Shown in pieces: positions 12,858-23,306 of a DNA stretch of 48,539 bases. The notes below the pieces were generated by a model, which made no database searches, was not told the DNA's origin, and saw only the letters and a list, made by a program, of their open reading frames with translations. Positions within the stretch are counted from its first letter, which is position 1, and each line of letters starts with the position of its first letter. Source of the stretch: Spirogloea muscicola (taxonomy: Eukaryota). The position numbers and the translations under genes are program-made. The stretch covers positions 1,013,598 through 1,062,136 of the forward strand of contig WELB01000004.1 of the NCBI GenBank assembly GCA_009602725.1, written 5' to 3'.

Positions 12858-13939
12858 GGCCGCCGCCGCAGGAGCCGCGCCGCCGACGGTCACCCCACGG
12901 GCGCGCTCAATGCCGCGCGCGCCGTCGCGAAGCGCGGCGGGACCGGCGGCGGGGCGCCCGGCCGGCCCCGGCGCTCGGCGCCATGGCGGTCAAGGTGTGG
13001 GGTGGACTGCTGGGACGGCCTGGGAGGGGGGCCGCCATGGAGTTCGCCGGGGTGCCCAGAGCTGCCACCCTGGCTAATGTGACATTGGCAGCCATCTTCG
13101 CAACACAACGTCGCTTTACCTCATGCTACGTGACGTTGCACTTGCAGCGTTGCTGGCTATCAACAGTCGATGGTCTGCATGCAGATGACTTGCAAACGGA
13201 AAATTTGGTGGAGATAGAGCCAAGGAAGAAGAGGAGTGGCTACTCAGTCCCTGCAAGCTCTCAAGCATGGTGCCCATTTGGAGCACGAGCCAAACTCGAT
13301 GGGGCCCCTCCTTCCGGCAGGGTAAAGTCCCACTGCATTCCAATTGGCACTTCCTTATGGGCTGCCACTAGCTGCCCAGTACCCAAGATGAATCAGCTGC
13401 ATTGGAGCACGAAAAGGACAGCGTGCACTCCTTAAGAGAGGGCCAGAGCTTCTACATGCAAAAGCAAGGGACATCTACAAGCGCAGGCCGCCCTGCTGCT
13501 ATGCTGACCCGCTCAGGAGCAGCAGGTTGGTGCGTTAAAATGGCTAACAATGTGGACGGCAGGTCTGCGACCTGCACCGCGTGGAGCTCGCCCAGCTTTC
13601 TGGTGCAGGTCGTGGGCCTGAGCTAGGTGCAGAAACACCGACTTGTGGCGGCGCAAGAGCAAGAGAATGGAAGAAGCGCTCATCGTCTGACACCTGATGG
13701 TGCCAAGCTTTACACAATGGGCTTCAGAAGCCCGCCAAGCTCTCGCACTGGACCTCTAAGGTAGCCGGGTGCTTGCTGTTGGACCTATATGCCTACAGGC
13801 CTCTGCAGAGCACTGCGACTGTGCAGGCAGCCTCCGACTGTGCAGGCAGCCTCAGTTGCAGGCGGTAGGCACACCAGTAGGGGTATGTAGGCATCGGCCA
13901 AAAGGAGCTTACAGAGGCCTGCGCTTGCCAGATGTCCTA

Positions 13940-14190
13940 CTGAGTCCTCTTTCCCAGCTGCGAGTTACTCCGACTTGCTGCTGCTCATGCGTGGGTACTA
14001 AGCTTCCATCTGCGGTCGTCTCGTGTCTAGCAAGAAAGTGCTCGCCCACAGAGGGTAGGGGCTGGGAAAGGTCAGCCCAAAAGCTGGGTGGTTTTTCTTT
14101 TCGGCACCTTTTGGCTCTTTGGCCCTTATCCATTCTTCTTTGAAGAATGGGCTGACCTTTCCCAGCCCCTAGGGAGGCTAGCACTTTCTT
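13940..14190 (+). mobile_element. 3' end of CRE-like element (family B), interrupted by an inverted short 3'-end copy at ~14032-14083
   Basis: Translates SSFPAASYSDLLLLMRGY* (TAA 13999-14001), matching SSFPATSYSDLMLLTRGY* at 47280. The downstream UTR is homologous to 47060-47270, with GGGCTGACCTTTCCCAGCCC hairpins on both strands. Confidence 0.75.
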
Positions 14191-14714
14191 CAGTGAATAA
14201 CCCCTCACAGCGGCTCTGCCTCTCTATACGTCAGAGCAAAGTTAGCTCCACAAGTCTGAGCTGATTTACTTTCAGGAGTCGTCTCCGTCCGCCCTCTCAC
14301 GCTGTGCCCAGGGCTGACACGTGCACTGACTTGCACTTGCAGCTGCTTATCACTTATCACGCGTGTGCCCAGCAGGAAACAATTCCTTCTCTTCGGGCCA
14401 CCAGCTGGACCTTGTTCAAACCTCTAAACTTTCTGAAAAGAATTTTCACACTCACCGCCTCGTTTGGGAGAGCTTCTCAGGGCGACGTCTTTCCGCCGGG
14501 TAGCTACTAAAGCGGCACGAGCAGGCGCTGGCGGCTTCCCACTGGGCGATAGTAGAGCCGCAGCAGGAACAGGTGGCGCACGGGGCCCAGCAGCAGGAGG
14601 CTGGGGGGTCCGCGTAGCGACTACCGCAGGAAGAGAAAGCGCGGCCAGATTGACTGGTGGCTGGGAAAGGCCAGCCCAAAAGAATGGACAAGGTCTGAGG
14701 GAGCTTGAGTGCGA

Positions 14715-14900
14715 ACGCAGGAAGATGTGGGAGCAGGGAAGGAGAAGCTGCCCCACGAGTGGGAGGTGAGAGAGGAGTTGTCTGAGGAGGAGAGGAAGCA
14801 GTTCGGGGAGCTGTTCGAGAGGCACAGGGCGACTTTTGCCTTCTCCATGGCGGAGCTGGGCACCTGCCAGTACGAGGAGAGACTTCTTGGTGTGTGGTGA
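14715..14900 (+). mobile_element. Possible short Ty3/gypsy pol remnant (protease-RT linker)
   Basis: ELSEEERKQFGELFERHRATFAFSMAELGTC resembles the gypsy linker pattern L..e...l..ll..y.dvFa....dLG. Only ~60 aa; no LTR or RT core seen. Confidence 0.4.
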
Positions 14901-14999
14901 CGCTCATTGCCACATTCTTTGCATGCCTGCTGACCTGCTAGTGAGGCCATGCAGGGCAGGCTGCTGCTAGTCACGCAGAGTCCTGGTCTGTAGGTGGAG

Positions 15000-15357
15000 T
15001 TCCAGGTGTGGACGATGCGTAGTGGGCGCTATACGGGCAGGCACGACATCACCTGCTGCTAGGCTGACCTGCTTATTAACCACGAGTCAGCACATAGCTG
15101 CAGACAAGCTGACACTCGACGACGCAAGAATGACAAGTAGCTGACTATGCAAGAATGACAAGTAGCTGCCGTCATGCTCATCTGAGCTGGAAGCATATCC
15201 TCACGTCAAGCATATCCCAGATTTGCAATATTCTCCAGTAGGGTATGGAAGAGAGGACCCATGCAGCCAAAAGTGCCAAATGCGGCTGGTTGGAGGTGGT
15301 CACTGCAGGGGTAGTCAAAGTAGTGTAGGAGCTTTTTCTGCTCTGCACCTCCCACTG
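15000..15357 (-). mobile_element. Degenerate 3' part of CRE-like element (family A'), inverted
   Basis: Minus frame GGAEQKKLLHYFDYPCSDHLQPAAFGTFGCMGPLFHTLLENIANLGYA, then a rearranged tail with YVLTRG and the A' UTR start (CTAGCAGCAGGTGATGT). It lies head-to-head with the + copy starting at 15355. Confidence 0.8.
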
Positions 15358-15678
15358 GAGAATATTGCAAGTTTGGGATATGCTCGACGTAAGGATATGC
15401 TTCCAGCTCAGATGGGCATGCCGGCAGCCTACTTGTCATTCTTGCGACGTCGAGTGTCAGCTTGTCTGCAGCGAGCTCAGGCTCATGCGTTGCATTAGAA
15501 AGCTGGTCAAGCCTTAGCTGGTAGCTCAAGAGCTTGTCAATTGCCGTCCGGTATTCGGGCATCAATTAGCGACCTCTATGTGCTGACCCGTGGTTACTGA
15601 GCGGGTCAGCTTAGCAGCAGGTGACGTGCATTTGTCAATGTGGTTGCCGTTGTACTTGGCCACACAGACCCTCCGTCT
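15355..15678 (+). mobile_element. 3' part of CRE-like element (family A'), split by a later insertion; resumes at 17096-17109
   Basis: LENIASLGYARRKDMLPAQMGMPAAYLSFLRRRVSACLQRAQ..SDLYVLTRGY*. The UTR matches the copy at 25860-25975, whose terminal CCTCCATCACCTGATACACACTC is mirrored by CCTCCGTCT-CTTAATACACACTC at 17087-17109. Confidence 0.85.
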
Positions 15679-17086
15679 GCAACGGACAGTCGCCCCATTG
15701 GGCATGGTGGCGGAGCTCTACAAGGAATATGATGACTCCCTTCAGCAGTCTGGCATCCCTACTACATTCTTCATCTTTCCCCTCAGCTTCAGCTTCCCTC
15801 CAGGCCTCCCTCCCTACTCGCATGGGCGGCCTTGGCTGCCGGTCGTTGGAGCAGACGGCGCAAGCAGCCTTCCTGGGCTGCTGGCACCAGATCGCCTCCC
15901 TGCTCCCCATGCGCTTCCCTTGCCTTCACGACCCTGTACGCAATGTGGAGGAAGGCTCCTTCCCCTTCCAAGCGGATCTGAGGAGCATCCGCGACTCAGC
16001 CATCAGCTCTTTCCCCTCTCTCCAACCCCTACTCACGCCATTCTCCACCCTCGCCCAAGCTTCTGATAGAGGGGCACAATCCAGACTGGTTACGGCAGTG
16101 GAAGACGAACGCCGCAGAAGGTTGAGGAGGCTGCCAGAGATTCAGAACAATCCGAGGAGCTTGGCAAGACTCACTTCTCTGGCCACACCTGGTGCCACTG
16201 ACTGGATCACCTCTCCCCCCGTCGCCAACGCCTTCAGCATCAGCTCCGAGGCCTTTCGGACATCGCTTCAACTCTTCCTCGGCCTCCCACCTAATTGCCT
16301 GATTGGGGTGCGCCAGTGCGAGTGCGGCTTCCGTGCAGAGGGTGCTGTGCTCGCCACTCACATGCTGAGATGCCCCACTGGACCAGAAGTGGTGGGCATT
16401 CACAACCTCCTTCGCGATGCCCTGGCGGGCTTGATGCGCGACGCCGGCTACCGTGCGGTCGTGGAAGTCAACAATATCATGCCTATCACCACGGACGCCC
16501 AGGGACGTCATCATCGCCGCACACTTGACATTGTGGGCGTGCAACCTGGTGGAGGACCACGGGCCCTGGTCGACGTTGTTGTTACGGAGGCATATAAAGG
16601 CCCAGCATCAACACACATTGCTGGGCACGCAGTGGGCGGAGCAGAGCAAAGAAAACTGCGGCATTACTCCGATTACCCCCAATGCGATCAACTCCTGCCA
16701 GCTGCAATCGACATCTTTGGCTGTCTGGGTCCTCGCTTCCACACTCTGCTTCAAAACATTGCCAATCTAGGCTACACTCGACGTGCAGATGTGTTTCCGG
16801 CTGAGATGGGCTTGCCAGCTGCATATCTGTCGCTCTTGCGACGACGAGTTTCGGCCTGTTTGCAGCGTGCTCAGGCTAGTGCCTTGCACCAGAAAGCTGG
16901 ACGAGCTCTAGTAGGTGGCAGAAGGGCTCCGTTCCTGGCATCTAGTATTCATGCATCGAGTAGTGACCTTTATGTTTTGACCCGTGGTTATTGAGCCGGT
17001 CAATCTGCTGTAGGTTATGTAGATTTTTAGATGTGCTTGCCTTTGTACCTGGCCATTTGGCCTACATTTCTTTCTAATACACGATG
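15679..17086 (+). mobile_element. CRE-like non-LTR retrotransposon (family A), 5'-truncated: thumb, CCHC zinc finger, restriction-like endonuclease and 3' UTR
   Basis: ORF 15621-16994: LPTRMGGLG, CECG..THMLRC (CCHC), HNLLRD..E..RRTLD..LVDVVVT..AEQRKLRHY..PAAIDIFG, ending SDLYVLTRGY*. The ~90-nt UTR ends AATACACG. Flanked by the 9-bp direct repeat CCTCCGTCT (15670-15678 and 17087-17095). Confidence 0.92.
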
Positions 17087-17119
17087 CCTCCGTCTCTTAA
17101 TACACACTCACTCTTCACT

Positions 17120-17640
17120 GCGTGGCCAGCAATATGAGTCGATGCGGATCTCTTGTACGCTTCCGTCACAACTACGTCAACCAAGGCTCGTGGGCCTCCG
17201 CCAGGTTGTACACCCACAATGTCCAGGGTGCGACAATGGTGGCGTCCCTGAGAATCGGTGGTGATGGGCATTACATTGCTCACTTCCACAATGGCGCGGT
17301 AGCCGGCGTCGCGCATCAAGTCCGCCAGGGCGTCCCGTAGGAGACGCCCGCCACTTCAGTGCCTGTGACACCGCAGCAGTGTGGGTAGCGAGGTCTCCGC
17401 CCTCCGCACCGAAGCCGCACTCACACTCAATTAGTCCCGATCAGGCAGGTCGGGGGCAGGCCAAGGAACAGCTGGAGAAGCGTCCGATCTGCCTTGGGGC
17501 TGATTTTGGATGCGTTGTGTATCGGGGGGCGTTGGCCTTGGTCAACTCTGCAGGCTGTCCGTGCCGGCAGCCAGCCTGTCGGATTCGAGGCTCCTCACTC
17601 GTGACTATCTGCGTGGTTCATCCTCTTCCCGTTCTGATAT
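17120..17640 (-). mobile_element. Inverted internal fragment of a family-A-related CRE element (no 3' end)
   Basis: Minus strand gives RTLLQLFLGLPPTCLIG..CECGFGAEG..RDAGYRAIVEVSNVMPITTDSQGRHHCRTLDIVGVQPGGGPRALVDVVVTEAYK, closely similar to 16260-16635, with frameshifts. Confidence 0.85.
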
Positions 17641-17649
17641 AGCATCTTC

Positions 17650-17775
17650 CGGCCCCTTCGTAGCTGCTAAGCATTTTAGGCCCCCCCGTCATTTGGCCCC
17701 TTCGAACCTTTGTCAATTCTTTTTCGGGCTGGCTTTTCACAGCCCTTGCCCCCGTTGGGAATGCCACTTCTTCCT
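17650..17775 (+). repeat. Retroelement 3'-UTR-type dispersed repeat upstream of SMUG1
   Basis: Homologous to 1083-1192 (GGCCCCTT.GTAGCTGCT..GAACCTTTGT.AATTCTTTTT.GGGCTGGCTTTTC.CAGCCCTTGCCCC..GGGA.TGCCACTTCTTC). Confidence 0.75.
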
Positions 17776-17820
17776 TCCGTCGTCCCCTTCTTGGGAAGGT
17801 GAGCGTATTCCTAGCCTCGT

Positions 17821-17859
<39 letters not shown>

Positions 17860-18067
17860 TTGCGGCAACGGCGGCGCCGCGGTATTGCTGCTGCGCGCTC
17901 TTCGTCTCCTCATATCGCGCCTTGCGCTTCAGTCAAGGTGGTGCTCAATCAACAGCTTACATCGACAACAGCGGACGCAGACGCGGTTTTGCCTTCAGCG
18001 TACGTGCCAGCTGGGGCGAACATCCTCTTCCTGCCTGGTGCCAAGCCGAAGTGCTTGTCGTCCAGCC

Positions 18068-20689
18068 ATGGCGGACCCCTTTGACGCTTTCAAGCACGTG
18101 GGCGTGACAAGGAAGAGGGGTTCACTGTCCCGGCCACAGGTGCGGAACATAACACTGTCTTACGGCTGCGGTCTTCATCAGCCGGCCAGAAGCAGAGTCT
18201 TGTGGCGGCGGGCGTGTATACATACTTACCGCAACTGATAGTTAGCAAGCACTCAATTTGTGGTGTTACTAGACGAATACGACATTCCGTGCTGAGGTTC
18301 TTTCATCGGGGGCACTTCCCAGACTATGGACGAGCACGACATTGTCAGCTTCAGTGCCAAGAGAGCGCCGAGGGCCCGGAAAGAGCCCGCTCCTCAGCCC
18401 ACGACGGCTTGCGAGGAGAAAACGCCACGGGTTACCTGCCCAAGTGTTCGGCTTGATGCTACTTCAATGCTGGACACAGGAGAGCACGCACGTTCAGAGC
18501 ACAGAGACGATCAAGAGTCTGGGCTCCAGCGTAGTGGACATCAGTTCGAAGCCGCCACGAGCTCAAATCCATCAGGAAGCGGAGCAGTGGGACAGCTTAC
18601 GGTAGCTGACTCCGTCGCCTTTAGCGGAGAAGTGTTGCTTGGCGGCCTGGCGGGCCGGGGCAACATAATTGAGGCTACTTTGGCCATCATTGACTCTCTA
18701 GTTGCCAAGCTCCGAGTGTTGAGCTTCCAGCCCCCTGTCACGCACGTGTAAGCATCACCTCCCTGCAAATGCTTGCCATCTCCAACCGCCTGCCGCTTTG
18801 GTTACACATACAGTTGACCAATCTCAGCTGATGACTCAAGTGTTGCAGGTAGCGACAGGCTGGGAGATTGACAAGTATGTAGTTTGATTGGAGACCCCAT
18901 TGCATTCTTAATATCAGTCGCACTTATGTAATTTGCAATCGTGTGCATCTGGTGGCAGATACAACCCAATGGAGAATGCACGAGAGCCATTGGACAAGTA
19001 TGTGCGTAGATATGGTGAGGATACTTTGCACATGTCTCTGTTTTGAATGTCACTTGATTGTTTCTGCTTCCTCCATTGAGTCTCTGGCATATACATTGTG
19101 CCTGCAAGAGCTCTTAGGAGTGGCTTCCTTTTGGGGCGGCTCCCTGTACTTTCTGAAAATGGTCACATCACAGTGTCAGTCTATCTGGAAGAGGCAAGCA
19201 TGCTGATGTAAGAGGTCAAGGACAGGAAAGTGGTCACCCATTGCTGTAGCGAGGAAGTCAATAATGCTTTATCCTTCTTCTAGGAGGGCGGCAGGTAGAG
19301 GCCGTCTGGGTAGGCATGAATCCTGGGCCCTTTGGAATGGCACAGACCGGCATACCATTTGGAGACCCTGTGCTCGTCCGCGAGTTCCTTCAGATTAGTG
19401 GAAAGGTGCTCTCCTCTGAAGGCTTGTGAGCAACTTGTTTATAGTATGCAATCTTTGCAGTCCTCTATCATACATTGATAGGCAACGCAACAGTGACTAC
19501 TCAATGTTGATAGGATAACATAGGCCGTCCTGCTCTTGAACAGGTGAAGAAGCCGTCACTCATGCATCCAAAGAGACCAGTCTATGGCTGTGATTGTCCA
19601 CGACGAGAGGTGTGGCTAATGAAACTCAGGTGTACCACAACTTCCATCTTCTGTGCTTAGTAGCTGCCTTTTCTTGTCATTTGAGGGATGACTTTAGGCA
19701 TGACTACTGCTAAGGGGCTACTCCTGGCAGGTCAGCGGGCAACGGCTTTGGGGATGGGCCAAGGAACGTTTCGTCAGTGCAGATGCTTTCACATCTCGCG
19801 TTTGGGTTTGGAATTATTGTCCACTTGTCTTCATGGAAGCTTCTGGCAAGTAAGTCTGCAAGAAGGCTGTTCATGCAACTAGAGAGTACGTATTGACGTG
19901 ACAGTGTTATCTCAGGCCATCAGCCGCGTGAGCATTCCAAGACTATTTGGGAAGTCATACTGAGCTGTACTGCACTCAATGCTGTGTGTTGAGCAACTAT
20001 TGAATCTGGCTGTTCTACTAACAATTCTCACAGTAAAGTGGTTTGCCCACATGCAACAGATACCAATGTTCCTGTCACCACATGCTCATGCATTTAGTGA
20101 AATCATGCAAGACTTCACTGACCTTAGAATGATGACATGAACATTGGTGCACCTGGCTGGAGGGACAGAGTGTCGTGCATGAGGCTGATTCAATATTCAT
20201 AACAGCTATCTGATATTTGACATATATCGGCAGGAATCGGACGCCCAATCAGCTTCCGAAAAGGGAGCAGGAGCTACTGTGTGCAGCTTGTGATGACGCC
20301 TTTGTCAAGCTCTTGATGCTGATCAAGCCGAAGCTGGTTGTAGGAGTAGGTGAGCCCTGAAACCTCGTGTCTTTGCTTGCTTCTAATCCAACGTAGCACT
20401 GGTTTGGTTACTTGAACAAGCTTGCAAGCAGATGTGGAAGCAGCTGATTTGGACATCGGTTGGTGTGAAGTTGGTCTGAAAGTTGACAACACTTGATACA
20501 GACGTAGAGACTGGTGCTGCTGCAGGAGCTTTTGCACGGCAGCGAGCGGATGCGTGTGTCCAGCGACTTACCCGGAAGATCAAGGTCGGGACGATACTGC
20601 ATCCCAGCCCAGCCAACCCAATGTCCAACAATTGGGCGGAGGTTATTCAGAAACAGCTGAAAGATTTGGGGTTTGACTTTCCCATGTAG
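18068..20689 (+). CDS. SMUG1: SMUG1-family (family 3) uracil-DNA glycosylase
   Basis: Eight exons (18068-18139, 18323-18747, 18959-19014, 19284-19405, 19544-19609, 19731-19849, 20234-20349, 20526-20689) splice in frame with GT-AG introns. Motifs: [60 protein letters not shown]. Confidence 0.92.
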
Positions 20690-21189
20690 TGTCATCTTAT
20701 TTCACACAGAAATGAGCAGGCTGAAGTTCTGCAGTGTCCACAAGTCTTGCTGGCCCAGCTCTTGGGAGCGTCTTGACGTTAGCAAGGCACCAGATGGCCA
20801 GATATTAACTGAAGCTGTCAAGTTTGATTCTATTCCTGTTCTTCACAGCTTGCTGCTTTGCTTCCCACCCTTACCCAGTGCAAGGGAGTGGAAGAGGCAG
20901 CAGCTCTGCCAATCTGCGACCTTGCATACCGCAATGAGGACTTATGCAACAGAATGTGCAGCATTTGCGAGAGATGGCCAGCCACTCCGCCAGCTGCGGC
21001 CGTGGTTGCAGCTTGATTTCTCACAAGGACAGCAGCTCCTGAGAATGGGGATAGTGTGTACAAGCGAAGCCTTCATAGTGAGAGGGCGTCACGAATGAGG
21101 AGCTCTCACAACTGTGGCTGAGCACGAGCTGAGCCTTGCAATGAAGTTGAGATATCTGCCTTGTGGCTCACTTAGCTTCCCCTCCGGGA

Positions 21190-21335
21190 CGAGCTCTTCC
21201 ACTGGGGGCGGGAGCTGTGAATGGCCAGCCCAGAAAGAACGAACAAGGTCCCAAGGCCACTTCTCGTACTTTGTTCATTCTTTTTTGGGCTGCGCTTTTC
21301 CCAGCCCCTATCCTCAGTGAGCGAGCGTCTTTTCT
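21190..21335. repeat. Pair of oppositely oriented retroelement 3'-end fragments upstream of TatB
   Basis: 21260-21335 (+) matches the 1290-1420/1765-1912 family (CTTCTCGTACT.TGTTCATTCTTTTT.GGGCTG..CCAGCCCCTA). 21190-21250 carries the reverse-oriented CCAGCCC.GAAAGAA..AACAA motif. Confidence 0.6.
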
Positions 21336-21513
21336 TGGAAAGAGAAGACGCTTCCAGGAGGGCGGATTTCGAGAGAGAGAGACGTTCCAGCTTCCAAGTC
21401 GCTTCCAAGTCGGAGGACTTGCGGCTGACTGACTTGAGTACTCCCCGCCGCGCCGTGTGCGGTGCGGCGAGCAGAGGCTTCACTTTGGCGGCCAGCGTTC
21501 CTGCGCCGGCTTC

Positions 21514-22596
21514 ATGCCGCTGGGCCTGTCGCTCGGCGAGGTCGCGGTGCTGCTGACCGTCACCGCCGCAGTCGTCGGTGAGCGCCGCTGCGCATGCGCT
21601 GGCCTTGGCTGCACGCAGGAGTAACGGGAGGCCCTGACCTCGGCCGCCCTCTGCCGTCGCCGCCGCGGCTGCGCGCAGGCCCCAAGGACGTGCCGGTCGT
21701 GGCGCGCGGCGCGGGGNCCTGGACGCCATCGCCGGCCGCTCGCAGATCGCCGAGGTCCACCAGCGTGGCCCTTAAGCTAGCCCTAGAACTAGCCCTAATC
21801 CCATCTCATACACTTGATCCCCGCGACAATCCAGAAATTAGCCGCTGAGCTTAGGCTGCTGGCTCGTCGAGCTCACGTCGGCGAGGCCGCTAGCTCAGTG
21901 GCGAGTGACTGCCAGCTCCGGTGCGCTGCCCATGCCAACCTCTGACGCAGCATTGCCTGCCCAATGCCGCCATACGGCAGCTCCATCGCGAGGTGCAGGA
22001 CGCGATGGCGCAGCTGGAGGCCATCCGGCACGAGATCCGCGGCGTCGGCAGCCTTGCAAGCTCCGGAGCGCTCACCCGAGGCCTCGCGGGCGACTCCGGG
22101 TCGCCGGATCGAGCGACTTCTGCCCACGTTGAACATTCCCAGGCAGGGCCAGCACCGTCGGGCCGTCAGGAGGTCCCCAAGATCAAGGACGAGGCCACAG
22201 AAGCTGGGCGCAGACCGGGCCACCGGCGAGAGCTGCCGAGTGCTGCGCCACCGGTGGACGTTCTGCCCATGTCGGCTGTTTCCGCTGGCCTCCTCCCGCT
22301 GCGCTATGGCGAGCCTGGCGAGCAAGCCGGCCACAGACTTGGTGAGGTTTACTCTTCTTGCTGCTCGCTCTGCAGCAAGCAGCTCGTCAACTTGCAGCAT
22401 CAGCGGCCAGCATGCGAGGCCGCAGTCTGGATCAACACGGCAACATGACAGCAATGCAGTAACATGATATAACATCGCGTATGAACACTCTGCAGACGCA
22501 GTGCCAAGCGGAGCAGATATTCTATCAGACGCAATTGTGGAGCGTCAGGTGGCCTGGCAGGCCCATGAGTTCCTCCGAAGATCCAGAGGCTCCTGA
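21514..22596 (+). CDS. TatB: Mitochondrial-type TatB subunit of the twin-arginine translocase
   Basis: Exon 1 MPLGLSLGEVAVLLTVTAAVVG (21514-21577); exon 2 PKDVPVVARGAG[N]LDAIAGRSQIAE (21679-21754); exon 3 LHREVQDAMAQLEAIRHEIRG..LPMSAVSAGLLP (from 21981); last exon SGADILSDAIVERQVAWQAHEF..* (stop 22594-22596). The TM helix, G-P-K-D hinge and QLEAIRHEIR match the plant mtTatB family as remembered. Confidence 0.82.
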
Positions 22597-23306
22597 CAGC
22601 AGAGTCAGTGGCAACTGACAGCTCTATGACCATGTGGAGATGGTGGCTCTGCCCTTCCTCCACTGTAGGATGTATACATGCAAGATCACTAGATGTTTTG
22701 GGCTTAACTACTACTGCTCGTTTGAAAGGCCACTTCTGCCTACAAGCCTTGTGTATAGTGAAGATACTGCAATCATAGCTGTAATGATTGCTTCTCACCT
22801 TACAATTTCGTTGCCGGCTTTGACATTCTTGTGGTGCTGTGAGGTTGGGTGAAAGCAGGTCGTCTCTATCGAAAGTTTGCAATTTTTCTGTCCTCTGACA
22901 TATCGTCCTCTTTCGTGAAAGACGCGGGAAGGGCCAATCGAAGCAAAGGGATCATTTAACTTGGAAACTCAGGCTTGAGATTAAGCAACTCTATTGCCAG
23001 TAAGCTGACCAGATTCATGAAGCAGAGAGTGGTCTAAGAGTTGTTGGATTTGAAGTACCTGTCACAAGTTACTAAAGAGACGATGGTTGCCAAACATGCA
23101 TGATTGAGGAAAGCGAACCCAATATCTTAGATGATGAATGACGGTGTTTAGCTAAACAATGGAGCTTGGAAAGCTGGAGTACAAGAATAATCTGCAGCTA
23201 GGCAAGCGCAGGCAAACAATGGACGCTTGTGCCATAGCTTGGATGCTGCCACACTGGCTTGTATCAGCTGCATAGTAGTCTGCTAACAATAGCAAAGGCA
23301 AGTGTA

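Noticed and set aside
13817..13860. 19-bp tandem repeat; also a 20-bp duplication at ~15124-15168
   Set aside because: Ordinary local slippage duplications with no evidence of function.
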